Of a stretch of 64,000 nt of DNA, positions 1 through 12,643 are shown in pieces. Within the stretch, counting starts at the first letter, position 1, and each line of letters starts with the position of its first letter. The notes beneath the pieces were generated by a model. The model was not told the origin of the DNA. It searched no databases and saw only the letters and a program-made list of their open reading frames with translations. Made by a program: the position numbers and the translations under genes. Origin of the DNA: Squalus acanthias (taxonomy: Eukaryota); the NCBI GenBank assembly GCA_030390025.1, contig CM059432.1:108564001-108628000 (forward strand), read 5' to 3'.

Positions 1-809
1 TCCCTCCTGCACCAACTCTTTAGCCACGCATTCATCTGCTCTATCCTCCTATTCCTATACTCACTAGCACGTGGCACCGGGAGTAATCCAGAGATTACAA
101 CCTTTGAGGTCCTGCTTTTTAATCTGTTACCCAGCTCCCTAAATTCTTGTTGCAGGACCTCATCCCTCTTTCTACCCATGTCGTTGGTACCAATATGAAC
201 CACGACCTCTGACTGTTCGCCCTCCCCCTTCAGAATGCCCTGCAGCCATTCAGTGACATCCTTGACCCTGGCACCAGGGAGGCAGCATACCATCCTGGAG
301 TCACGTCTGCGGCCACAGAAACGTCTATCTGTTCCCCTTACGATAGAATCCCCTATCACTATTGCTCTCCCACTCTTTTTCCTCCCCTCCTGTGCAGCTG
401 AGCCACTCGTAGTGCCACGGACTTAGCTCTTGCTGCATTCCCCTGAGAAACCATCTCCCCCATCAGTATCCAAAACGGAAAATCTGTCGGAGAGGGAGAT
501 GGACCCAGGGGACTTCTGCACTACCTTCCTCGTTCTTTTACTCTGCCTGGTGGTCACCCATTCCCTGTCTGCCTGTGCACTATTTACTTGCGGTGTGACC
601 ACCTTGTTAAATATGCTATCCACGAAGATCTGAGCTTCGCGGATGCTCCACAGTGACTCCAGCCGCAGCTCCAGCTCCAAAACATTGATTTCGAGTAGCT
701 GCAGCTGGAGACACTTCCTGCACATATGTTCGCCCTGGACACCTAAAGTATCCCTGACTTCCAACATAGCACAGGAGGAGCCCTCCACACTGCTGAGCTG
801 TCCTGCCAT
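1..809 (-). pseudogene. CR1 LINE ORF1 (N-terminal Cys motif/coiled coil plus SGNH esterase domain), one in-frame stop
   Basis: ORF 423-809 (..CAMLEV..HMCRKCLQLQLLE..). Reading through the TAA at 423-425 continues in frame into AIVIGDSIVRGTDRRFCG..MVCCLPGARV..VVVHIGTNDMG..VISGLLPVP, the typical CR1 ORF1 esterase. Runs off the window start. Confidence 0.9.
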
Positions 810-1037
810 GTCCTACCCTTAATTTACTCCTTTTAAATTAAAGAATATTAAATACACTAGGGACCTTACTTCCCTTTAAACACTACTTACTCTAAACTAG
901 AGATCTTACTTTTACTTTAATGACTGGAATGCAGAAAGACTGTAGAAATACTTACCGCTGGTTCTCTGTCCCCTCTTGTGCAGCTTTTTAGCTCCTGCTC
1001 TCCTGGAAGCTGACAAAGATGGAAAAAGAAAGGAACA

Positions 1038-1138
1038 ACTCACTCACTCACTCACTCACTCACTCACTCACTCACTCACTCACTCACTCACTCACTCACT
1101 CACTCACTCACTCACTCACTCACTCACTCACTCACTCA
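1038..1138. repeat. (ACTC)n tetranucleotide microsatellite
   Basis: About 25 perfect copies; source of the SLTH-repeat ORFs. Confidence 0.97.
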
Positions 1139-1419
1139 CCTCTCAGTTTAACACTCTGTTCCAATCTGCACTCTGTGACAAACTGCACTCTAGCCTCCCT
1201 TATTTATACTGCTGAGATTTAAATAAGTGAGCTCTCTGGCAGTTACAGAACCAGATTAGACCACTTAATTAATTAATTACTCTCACCTGCTCTCCAGCAC
1301 AGAGCTTGATTAGCCCTGCCGAAGCCTGGAAGAAACTTAAAACTTGAAACAGTAATTTTAAATGCTAATTGCAAGCACACAAGACTAGAATTTATAAAAA
1401 TAAGAGATTAACCTTTAAG

Positions 1420-1888
1420 ATTGGTTCCAGGGATGAGGGACTTCAGTTATGTGGATAGACTGGAGAAGCTGGGGTTGTTCTCCTTAGAGCAGAGAAGGTT
1501 GAGAGGAGATTTGATAGAGGTGCTCAAAATCATGAGGGGTCTGGACAGAGTAGATAGAGAGAAACTGTTCCCATTGGCAGAAGGGTCAAGAACCAGAGGA
1601 CACAGATTTAAGGTGATTGGAGAAGAACCAAAGGCGACATGAGGAAAATAATTTTTATTCAGCGAGTGGTTAGGATCTGGAATGCTCTGCCTGAAAGGGT
1701 GGTGGAGGCAGATTCAATCGTGGCTTTCAAAAGGGAGTTGGATAAGTACCTGAAGGAAAAACATTTGCAGGGCTACGAGGAAAGGGCGGGGGAGTGGGAC
1801 TAGATGAAGTGCTCTTGCAGAGAGCCGACACGAGCTCGACGGGCTGAATGGCCTCCTTCTGTTCTGTAACCATTCTATGATTCTATGA
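1420..1888 (+). mobile_element. CR1 LINE 3' fragment
   Basis: PGMRDFSYVDRLEKLGLFSLEQRRLRGDLIEV ORF2 C-terminus, 3'UTR, and (ATTCTATG)2 tail at about 1872-1887. Confidence 0.92.
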
Positions 1889-2699
1889 AAATTACCCAGC
1901 CTCTGCTTGTCACCTTGCCATAGTGTCAGAGCGAAGATCACGATACTTGAATACCTTTGGTGTTCAATGTCCCACCTGGACTCAATTATTTTATTTGATT
2001 GAGTGCCCCTTAACCTGAGGGATATTTGAATTGCTTGTTCATTTAAGATTTAGTCGTCTTCAAATATTTTAATTCTGCAAAAGTTGCTAATGCAGTAAAA
2101 TCAAACCAACAACAGAGATCAACAGTCGTGTGGTCTACAGCCCAGTAACAACCATTTGATGGATTTTGAGCTATTAGTGTTGTGCATTTGTGGCCTAATT
2201 CTCATGTCCATCTACTGCCTGCTAACGTCCTCTATTCACCAGTATTTGAAAATTACTGTAGTGACCCTTTTATTTTAGAGCTCTGAATCTGATGGGTTTC
2301 AACCTTAAGAGTCAGACAGCCCACTAATATAAGCTGCCCGGGCTAAAACTGTGTTAAACAGGGATGCAACACTTGAATAACTTGGTCAAAAATCAATGTT
2401 GCGCTGATGTTTAGGTCAAAGAATGTCATAAAAATTCAGCATCCCCAGATATTGCAATAACAATTGACATTGAATCTAATCAACAGCTAACCAATATGTA
2501 AGGTAACAGAGCTATATTGCACACAAGTATATACAGGATGCACAATAGGGAACAGTTCAGTGCCGCAGTGCGGTTTATCCTACAAGGGAAAACTTAACAA
2601 CCGAGAGCAATAAAGGCCTTCTTTATGTGGAATAAATTGAATATTCCGATACTTTCCCCATTTTGCATTCTGTTTCTATACAAAGCAATTGATCGCTAT

Positions 2700-3060
2700 A
2701 ATTTTCTTTTTCTCGCTCTCTTTCTCCGTTTCTCTCTTTAACTCATACATTTTCTCAATCTATTGCTTTTGCTTGCTTCTTTTTCTTTTTCCTCTTTCCC
2801 TCATGCGTTCATTCTCTTGCGCTCTCTATTTCACGCTCTTTCTCAACTCTTTCTCGCACTTTCGCATGTTCGCTCTCACTGACATTCTCTCTCACCCTCT
2901 TGTTCTGTTTCTCTCCCTCTCGCACTCCCTTTCTCTTTTCCTCTCTCTCTCGTGCTCTCTTTGTTTTCTCGTGCTTTCTTTCCCATGCTCTCTCACTCTC
3001 TCTTGCCCTCTCTCGTTCTCTCTTGCGCTCTCTTACACTCTCCCTAGCTCCCTTTTTCTC
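2700..3060. repeat. Degenerate CT-rich low-complexity tract
   Basis: Pyrimidine-rich decayed (CT)n; gives spurious F/S/L-rich ORFs. Confidence 0.8.
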
Positions 3061-4159
3061 TGGATACTACCATCAGTATCGAACTCAAAATGGCAGGAAA
3101 GCAGCTACAGTACTTTTGAAAAGATATAGGCCCGGATTTTGCGGTCGGATTTTAAGGATTTCCAATAGTCTCTGGAATTATCTGACAGTATTTGACAATC
3201 TGACAATGATTGCATTAGCAAGAGGAAATCTTTTGGATAAGGTTCAGTACAGGGTGCCTTTTAGAACAGTGACAAATTACTGACTAAATGCCAATAATAC
3301 AAGTTAGTTAGATGTGGTGGACAGTGGTATGAAGAAAGTTAGAGACATTGGAGTAGTTGAGCATTTTGTACCATTTAGAGCTGCAACATTGTTGTTTCTT
3401 CAGAGAAAAGCCAGCCAAATCTGCACCTTTGGGTTTGAGCCTGAACAACTGAGTTGCAGTGCAATTTTTCTGGGTGTTTGCTCCATGTCTTTAGTTTTTC
3501 CCAAACACATGCATCATTTCCTGGCCGAAAGAGAGGACATTGACCTAATGCGGGCCTCTGCCAATCCAGCTCTTTAGCAGACTGCTAGGAAGTGCACAAG
3601 AATGCTCTGGGGTGGCTCACCTGCAATTTCTCTCTTATTCCATGTGCAAATTCACTTGGTTTGAACTCAGTGCTTCTTCCTGACTCACAGTGTGATGAAT
3701 TATGGGGCCAGGTCTACAGCTGTGGGATGGACAGTTTACTGAATGGTTTTCAGTTCCCCAAGGTAAGTACGCAGGACCCACTAGTGTACAAAGCATAACA
3801 GTTAGTCAAACCATCAGTGTTGGACTTGTTAACAGAAAATTTCTTGAAGTGATCGACACTAAGGAGCAACCTGGAAACAACTTTGTGCAACTGTCTATCA
3901 AACAGCTGAGTTAGTTATCAAAACGTAGTCTGCAGACTTGTAATAGTGTAGGGTGGTGTAAATTCTGCAGACCTTGCACTGGTACCTGGAGGGACTGTCT
4001 TAGGGTGCATTCACATTACAGCAGCTTAAATCTGCTGTGGGGACTGGTCTGAGACAGGAATAAAGCAGAATGAGACACCATGGGGAAGGGGGCATGGGGG
4101 GGGCCTCACTTTGCTTTGCTCCAGAGCCAATTCAGACCTGTTTGAAAGTTTGAAAGTCA

Positions 4160-4378
4160 ATTTACACACAGCAAGATCCCACAAACAGCAAATCAGATGA
4201 ATGACCAGCGAATCTGTTTTTGTGGTGTTCGTTGAAGGAGTACTCTTGATCTTCCAGTGGTGCCATGAGAACGTTTACGTCCACATGAACAGGCAAACGG
4301 CTCTTGGTTTAAGCTGGCATCTCCGACAATGCAGGACTACTTAGTACTGCACTGAAGTGCCAGCCTAGATTATGTTCC
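4160..4378 (-). mobile_element. Degenerate SINE body (same family as 54690-55110)
   Basis: cacagcaagatcccacaaacagc..aatctgtttt..ttggtttaa..gcactgaagtgccagcctagattatg aligns by eye with the 54690-55110 copy. Confidence 0.65.
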
Positions 4379-6508
4379 AGCTTTGGATCGACGCTAAACT
4401 TGTTGAGTATGAAGTCATTTTGTATGTCATTTTGAGTACAGCATAATATCTTACAAGTATTGGTGCTTCTCGATTTAAAAAAAAATCAACCTGTTCTAAA
4501 CATAGAATTCCATTGAAACAACCACTTGGCATTCAGAAAGAAAGAACTTATCATGCATTTATATAGCACCTTATCATGTCTTCAGGACATCTCAAGATGC
4601 TTCACATCCAATGACTGTTCACTAATTATCAGTTCTTAATGGGTAAAATACTCTGTACACAGTCAATTTTCACCCTGACACAGCAGTGTCTTGGATTCCC
4701 TCTAGTGTAAAATGTATGTATTGTCTGTTGGACTGAATTGTTGAAGGAATGGTTAAATGCATTATTGTGCTGTGTAGTGCAACACAGCCATTCTAATATC
4801 TTACCCATTCCAACCACGGTTGCGTCACAGGCTTTCTAGATAACCTTGATAATAGGCTGCAAGTAGCAGGAAGGGGCTGCTGGCTGGAGGAACTGGTGCA
4901 CAAAGTGTTTGGGAGGGTAGTAGTTAGAATGAGGACTGTGTACTGAGGATTGTTAACAAAACTTCTGAATTGTTGTATGCTGTAGTGCATCTTGTATCCT
5001 TCATTCTCCATAATATAGTGACACAAGCATTTACAAATTGGTTGAGATTAGTGAAGTCCTGATCCTGGATGATAATTATTGGAAAATTAGATTGCATTTA
5101 CAGTACTAGGATTTGTCTGTGGGAGTTTAAGAGCACCTGGAAGGTTAAAGGCTTCACTTCTTTAACAATCCAGAAATGTGACAATTCACACTTCTTATAA
5201 AGGTCAAGATGACTCAAAAGGGGCAATTTTCTGACTGCCAGCTGATTGGAAGATCATGTGCTGCATGCTGCTAAATTGGATATGTGCTCCCAATAGGTGA
5301 GGCTACCAGCTGGGTGTGAAGTTGTAAAAAATACCTGTAAATATCTTTTATTTTGCTACACAAATGTTTCAAACCTGATTATGTGGAACAAAATATTAAT
5401 TCCTTTGTTCAAATTCCACTTTTTCTCACTCGTGCACCAATTGGTGGTATGCTATGAATTGCAATATATTAACTCTCCTCACCTGAGGAGTTTCAGCTGA
5501 CAGCTGGTGTAATTCCATTGTCACCTCTCTGGAAATATTTCTGGTACAATTGCAGCCAACATGATAAGAGTATAACTGTAAAAGAAGTGACTAATAATAG
5601 AGGCTAAACAATGCGGTGCAGCACACATTATATTAATGAGGTGTAGTATTTGTGATAATATTGAAATTCAGCATACATCATCTCATTATGTTAATGAAAT
5701 ACAGCATAGATGATATTATGATTAATGAATCTACTGTATTAACACATTACTACAGTGATTCTGGATGAGGGCAGACCTGCTAGCAGTCACAGCTAAGACC
5801 ATAAGCCAGCAATTTTTGCCCACAGATTTCAGGGGAAAGATAGGGGAGGAGAAGGATCTTACTGTGGAAAATGATTAAACCAAGTGGATCCAGTTGCTGC
5901 AGCAAGTAGCAGTCAGATTATGGTAGTGGTGCTAAAACGAGAGTTGAGGCAGCAACTATTGTGCAATAGTCCAACATCATATATATAAAATTCCCATGTG
6001 TCATTTATTCTGATCATTAAATTAGCATCTTCATGTTTAATGCGTTATTAAAAGTCCGGAGTTTATTTTTTGGCAGACCAGAGAATAAAGCAATGGTGCA
6101 GTTTTCTTTCTACTCTCAAATCAGAGATCCTATGGATGCTCACATATGGCAGTTATTTATAGTTTTTGGTAAACAGTTTATAAACAGAGGAATTTTGCAC
6201 AAGCATGCCAACTAATGTGTTGCAATTATTGCAGCGTGGAATTTCTGGTGCCAGAGGAGAGAGCTTGGTGAGGTAGGGGTTTTCAGCCTTGAAAACAGAC
6301 CTCATGGAGGGGATGCTATAGAGGTATATAAAGGATGGAGAAAGTGAGCTCAAAATGTTACTTTCAGATGCACCAGGGCAACAGGACGAGGGTATAGGTT
6401 CAGGGCTGAGCAGGGCAAGTTTAGGACTGATGTCCATAAGTAGTCACATAGGGTGACCAACAGCTGGAACGGGTTACCAGGAAGGATGGTCGGAGACGGC
6501 ACTGGAGC

Positions 6509-6916
6509 CATTTAGGAAACGGCAGATGCTGCAATGTGGAGATGGGAGGGTTGGTATTACATTTAGGGAACGGCGGATGCTGCAATGCGATGATGGGAGG
6601 GTTGGTATTACATTTAGGAAACGGCAGATGCTGCAATGCGATGATGGGAGGGTTGATATTACATTTAGGAAACGGCAGATGCTGCAATGTGGAGATGGGA
6701 GGGTTGGTATTACATTTAGGAAACGGCAGATGCTGCAATGTGGAGATGGGAGGGTTGGTATTACATTTAGGAAACGGCAGATGCTGCAATGCGATGAGGG
6801 GAGGGTTGGTATTACATTTAGGAAACAATGGATGCTGCAATGCGGAGATGGGAGGGTTGGTATTACATTTAGGAAACAATGGATGCTGCAATGCGATGAT
6901 GGGAGGGTTGGTATTC
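6509..6916. repeat. 51-bp minisatellite, about 8 copies
   Basis: Unit CATTTAGGAAACGGCAGATGCTGCAATGYGRWGATGGGAGGGTTGGTATTA starting at 6509, 6560, 6611, 6662, 6713, 6764, 6815 and 6866. Confidence 0.95.
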
Positions 6917-9900
6917 CAAGTTGTTGTTGTTGTTCAGATGGAGCAAATGGCAGAAGTGTTCAACCAAGATATATTTTCATTTGTTACTCAATTTTTTTAA
7001 TGTAAGAATTAGCACTTGCAGTTACTGGGTTACGCAATGCTAGAATGTTTTGCAGTAGTTGGTATACAGTTGTCCCCTTTATAGATAGGAGCAGACATTT
7101 ACTTTGACCTTCAAATAAAGCATAGCAAGTTAAATTAAAATACATATAAATTTCATAAACCTTTATTCTTTAACAGTGTTCCAATAAATTTTATATGCAT
7201 CATGCATACTGAATTGCCCATTTGCAGCCAAAGGATAGTTGTTGCTGAGGTCTGCATAAATATCTTTGCCGTTTATGCAAACATTAATCTTCTTTTGCAC
7301 AAGTGTTTTGCACGCACTTTTTCTCGTGTATTTGCATACTCCCATTACTAGCAGTATGTTTCCACCATGTGCACGTTCTCATTCGAGTTTGATAGGCCAT
7401 TAGTGGACAGCAATCGGATCTGCTGAGACTAGGCATTGATTGTAGGCAAACTATTATAAAGGCAAACTTCAGCACTGAATTGCTGATGGTGACTGAACTT
7501 CATTTCTTTCTTGTTGTGGAGACACAGGCAAAGAAACAAAAGGTGAGGATGAGCTATATCAATCTCCATTGGGTATTTTTTGTCTTGTCAAACAACCAAT
7601 GAATGCTGAGATTTCAGCTCTTGAAGCAAACAGTCCTTGATCTCTGTTAGGTTATATGTCGGGTTGCCAACTTTTGTCAAGTTTAAAACCCGACTGAGCA
7701 CAGGGCTGAAACGGGAACAGGATAGGGCTAAGGGGGGGTAAAAGAAACTTTTAAAAACTGAATTAAAATAAATTTTAACTATTCTGTGGCCTCAACATTC
7801 AATTAGTATAAGAGACACCATCGTTAATGCAGCTAATTTGGCTAAAGCGTATATTACGTGAATATCACAATATAAAAATGAGTTACACACTTTACTGATA
7901 TTGCAAAATACAGGGCTTCCCAGAATAACAGCAATATTATTTACCTACCACTTACTTAGGTGGCAAGTAACTTTGTTCTTTCCTCTCCAGACCTCTTATT
8001 CTCAGTTATTTACATTATACAATATATATTTATTTTTGTTCTATCTCCAACCCAATGGTTTTGCAGTATTAATTTAAGATACAAATACTGTAATTTATTT
8101 GTTTAATCTTCCTTCTTCCCTTCCCAAATCTCTTTCCCATATTAATTACATGATTATAAAAGATTTTTTCCGCCTTCTCACAGTGGATTGGCAGTTCTTC
8201 GAAACTGTTTTGGTGTAGCAGCAGAGGGAGGTTTTTCCCCATTGTTAATTCTCCATTGACCAGAACCTTGAACGGTTGCTGTTAACCCTTTCTCAGTATC
8301 TGGTCTCAGCTTCAGAGAACCTTACGCATTCCCATCCAACCCCAAAGCAAACATCAGCCCTACTTGACAACACAAATAAACCCTCATCCCAAACAACACT
8401 TTTTGTTCAGAATATTTATTTAAGGGTTTAAACTATATGAAACACTGACAAATTAATTTTTTTTATTTTTGAGGAGGTTTTTCTTTTGCTGTTTACCCCC
8501 TCACCATTGTTATTTGTAAATGTATTGCCAAGCTGTCATATGGTTCATGGTACAGTCTGGTTATTATAGTTCCACAAGAGCAGGTTGAAAACTACCTATG
8601 AAGCATCTCGCTTACAGTCTGTATTTTTCAATAAGAAGAATTATTATAAAAAGGATACAGAGGTACTGGAGACGGTGCAAAAATGATTTACAAGGATGAT
8701 ACCAGAACTGTGAGGTTATACCTATCAGGAAAGGATGAACAGGCTGGGTCTCTTTTCTCTTGAAAACAGAAGGCTGAGGGGTGACCTAATAGAGGTCTTT
8801 AAAATTATGAAAGGTTTTGATAGAGTAGATACAGAGGCTGGAATTTTCCTGGGGGTCAGCGGGCAGGGTCAGTGGTGGGTCGGGTAGGAAATATGATTAT
8901 TTTGACAGCGGGTTGGGAATCCGCTGTCATCCCGCCACAATGCGCCTTTCCCAATGGCGCGTCTGTGATCAGACCCGACCCGCAGAGGCGGACGACCCAG
9001 TTAAAGCAATTATTGGCTTGTTGACAGACCCTTAATAATGGTTTTAACCTTACCTTTTAACTTTAACTGCTCGCCCATGGGGTCCACGCTGCTCGTGGAC
9101 CACGTCAATTAACCTGAGGCAGGAGTTGAATGGCCATTGAATCAGTTGATTAGTTGACAGCTTGAAATGTGCTATAAAAGCTCCCACCTCACAACTGTTC
9201 ACTTTCCAAGCGCCGAAGCTGTTGCTTACTCCATTTGGAACACAGATTGAGCTTTATGCAGGTTGCCGGTGTTTGGAGCAAACACTCCATTCCGTGTCAC
9301 CTCATTGGAACAACCTCTCTCACCATTGACAGATCGCTTCTGTTATCTCAACTTCACCTGCCATCTATTCCATCAGTATGGGTTCCGTTTATACTGTTTC
9401 ACCTTGGTCCTCAGAATCTGACCACGATCAGCCCCAACACCAGCATCACCAGGCACACCAGCAGCACCAACAACAACACCAACCTTCTCCGCAATCACCT
9501 GATGCTGCACAGGACACAGGGCATCAGCACCTGAGCACATTGCTGCCCGGGAGGCCAGGGATGGCCTCACCATGGCCAGATTTACTTCACTTGACGCTGT
9601 ACTTCAACCTGGCTGCCACATGATGCGCCAGGTTGGCACCACCCCACACCAACACCATAAAGCATCCCTACAATGCCCAAGCCATTCCTTTCACACGCAT
9701 CAGCATTGCAGAGGGTACCGTTATGTCTCACCATTCACTGCAACTCACTAAGCCACTTCCAAAGGTGCACACAAATCTGTCCAAGAACGCAAAGTGTTGA
9801 TAATAAAGGTTTCAATGTTTGACAGCACATTAACAGGAACTTTACGTGAACATTGGATAAAACACCCAAGTGGCTATCCTTGTGTGTTGCTAGTTGGTAT

Positions 9901-9924
9901 GATTGCACTAGGATGAGGGTGAGT

Positions 9925-11708
9925 CCCGGAAATAGTGGAGAACCAAGGCTCCAGCGAGAATGAAGAACTGAAATAAATTAGTATTAGTAAAAAAATAGTA
10001 CTGGAGAAATTAATGGGACTGAAAGCCGATAAATCCCCTGGACCTGATGGCCTACATCCTAGAGCTTTGAAAGAGGTGGCTGTAGAGATAGTGGATACAT
10101 TGGTTGTCATTTTCCAAAATTCCATAGATTCTGGAATGGTGCCCGCAGATTGGAAGGTAGCAAATGTAACCCCACTATTTGAAAAAGGAGGAAGAGAGAA
10201 AACGGGGAACTACAGACCAGTTAGCCTGACATCAGTAGTAGGGAAAATGCTAGAATCTATTATTAAGAAAGAAAGACTTACATTTATATAGCGCCTTCAC
10301 GACCACCGGACGTCTCAAAGCGCTTTACAGCCAATGAAGTACTTTTGGAGTGTAGTCAAATATTAAGGGTGTGGTAACAGGACACTTAGAAAATAATAAT
10401 AGGATTGGGCAGTGTCAACACGGATTTATGAAAAGGAAATCGTGTTTGACGAATCTGTTAGAGTTTTTTGAGGTTGTAACTAACAGAATATATAAGGGGG
10501 AACCAGTGGATGTGGTGTATTTGGATTTTCAGAAGGCATTCGATAAGGTGCCACACAAGAGGTTATTAAACAAAATTAGGGCTCATGAGATTGGGGGTAA
10601 TATACTAGCATGGATTGAGGATTGGTTAACGGATAGAAAACAGAGAGTAGGAATAAACGGGTCATTTTCGGGTTGGCAGGCTGTAACTAGTGGGGTACTG
10701 CAAGGATCAGTGCTTGGGCCTCAGCTATTCACAATCTACATCAATGATTTGGATGAGAGGACCAAATGTAATATATCCAAGTTTGCTGATGATACAAAGC
10801 TGGGTGCGAATGTAAGTTGTGAGGAAGATGCAAGGAGGCTTCAAGGGGATATAGACAGGCTAAGTGAGTGGGCAAGAACATGGCAAATGGAACATAATGT
10901 GGAGAAATGTGAAGTTATCCATTTTGGTAGGAAAATAGAAAAGCAGAGTTTTTTAAATGGTGAGAGATTGGGAAATGTTGGTGTTCAGAGGGACCTGGGT
11001 GCCCTTGTACACGAATCACTGAAAGTTAACATGCAGGTACAGCAAGCAATTAGGAAAGCAAATGGTATGTTGGCCTTTATTACAAGTGGATTTGAGTATA
11101 AGAGTAAAGACGTCTTACTGCAATTATATAGGGCCCTGGTGAGACCACACCTGGAGTATTGTGTACAGTTTTGGTCTCCTTACCTAAGGAAGGATATGCT
11201 TGCCATAGAGGGAGTACAACGAAGGTTCACTAGACTGGTTCCTGGGATGGGGGGATTGTCCTATGAGGAGAGATTGAGTAGACTAGGCCTATATTCTCTA
11301 GAGTTTAGAAGAATGAGAGGTAATCTCATTGAAACATACAAATTTCTTACAGGGCTTGACAGGGTAGATGCAGGGAGGATGTTTCCCCTGGCTGGGGAGT
11401 CTAGAACCAGGGATCACAGTCTCAGAATAAGGGGTCGGCCATTTAGAATTGAGATGAGGAGAAATTTCTTCACTCAGAGGGTGGTGAATCTTTGGAATTC
11501 TCTACCCCATAGGGTTGTGGAGGCTCAGTCATTGAGTATATTCAAGACAGAAATCGATAGATTTTTGAATACTAAGGGAATCAAGGGATATGGGGATAGT
11601 GCAGGAAAGTGGAGATGAGGTAGAAGATCAGCCATGATCTTATTGAATGGCAGAGCAGGCTCGAAGGGTGAAATGGCCTTCTCCTGCTCCTATTTCTTAT
11701 GTTCTTAT
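9925..11708 (+). mobile_element. 5'-truncated CR1 LINE with near-open ORF2 RT, inserted in H1
   Basis: KSPGPDG, NYRPVSLTS, YLDFQKAFDKV, QGSVLGP and KFADDTK motifs (ORFs 10013-10291 and 10371-11618); TTCTTATG tail; GAGT on both flanks. Confidence 0.95.
10268..10360 (-). mobile_element. SINE/L2-type 3' end inserted in CR1 ORF2
   Basis: aaagaaagacttacatttatatagcgcc.. tail flanked by 7-bp TSD TATTAAG (10261-67/10361-67). Removing it restores ESIIKGVVTGH in frame. Confidence 0.85.
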
Positions 11709-12543
11709 GAGTGTGAGGAGTGGCTAGTGAGATAGGGATGTGATAATGTCGATAGAGAGAGGGGGACGGTTGGAGGTGCAAGGTAAGTTGGTGTAAGTAA
11801 GGATGTGCAGGTGTAGGGTAGGGAAGGCAGAGTGATGGGGATGTGATGAGAGACACAGCAGTATGAAGGTGAGTGTGGCTTTTACTCACATTTCCTGATC
11901 TAATGAGATCATTGAATGGTTTACGCCACTGCACCCAGGTCCTCCTGACGACATCCCTGCTTGTGACCTCCTCTGCAATGTGCGACCAGGCTGTCTTGGT
12001 CTCCTGGGGAGGTCTCTTCCACCCATCTGAAGGGAAGAGGACCTTCCTTCCTGCTCTGACTCCCTCCATAAGCATATAGAGGGAGTCATGGGAGAATCTG
12101 GGTGCAGCCCTGCACCTCTGTGCAGTGATTGTCAGTGTTCGCAGCACCTCAATGCTGTAGAACACTGACAGCACAAATGTCAAAAGTAAGTGGCCATGGT
12201 CCCTTTAAGGAAACCGGCTCAAGACGTGTCATGAATGACGTCACCAGACCCGCTCCATCTCATTGGGCCATGTAATGTGTTGGGCGGGCTTAGCAAGCCC
12301 CATTGAGGTACGTTCATTTTAGACAGCGGGATGGAGCCAGCAGTGGGGCTGCGATCCGTCACCGACACCGCCCGCATTGGACCTGCCAAGGTGAGAAGAG
12401 TCTCGGCCAGAGTGTTTCTACTTGTGGGGAAGAGCCAAACTAGAGGCCATCAATATAAGATAAGTCACCAAGAAATCAAATAGGAAATTTAGAAGAAACT
12501 TCTTTACCCAGAGAGTGGTGAGAATGTGGAACTCGCTACCACA

Positions 12544-12586
12544 GGGAGTTCTGATGAAAGGTCATCGACCTGAAACGTTAACTCTC
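12544..12586 (+). ncRNA. Minimal type I hammerhead ribozyme motif (Penelope-type)
   Basis: GGGAGUU-CUGAUGA-A-AGGUC(AUC)GACCU-GAAA-CG-UU-AACUCUC: intact core, 5-bp stem II, palindromic ACGU stem III, 7-bp stem I with one G:U. Confidence 0.75.
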
Positions 12587-12643
12587 TTTCTCTCTCCACG
12601 GATGCTGCCTGGCCTGCTGAGTTTTTCCAGCGTTTTCTGTTGT
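12550..12643 (+). mobile_element. 94-bp Penelope pseudo-LTR fragment
   Basis: Matches the reverse complement of 19411-19501 (3' end of the GIY-YIG element). 13-bp TSD TACCACAGGGAGT (12537-49/12644-56). Confidence 0.85.

Larger units (their letters stand above)
8836..12408 (+). mobile_element. H1: non-autonomous PIF/Harbinger (transposase core deleted, only Myb exon 1 left)
   Basis: 3-bp TSD AGA (8833-35/12409-11). Degenerate TIRs GGCTGGAATTTTC/GGCCGAGACTCTTC. Transposase N/C fusion 9378-9600; Myb/SANT exon on the minus strand about 11885-12120 (APRFSHDSL..WSHIAEEV..RTWVQWRKPFNDL). Confidence 0.82.

Noticed and set aside
2689..3283. Hydrophobic membrane-protein-like ORFs
   Set aside because: They derive from the CT-rich low-complexity tract.
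7659..7700. hAT-like terminus GGGTTGCCAAC
   Set aside because: No matching opposite TIR or 8-bp TSD was found.
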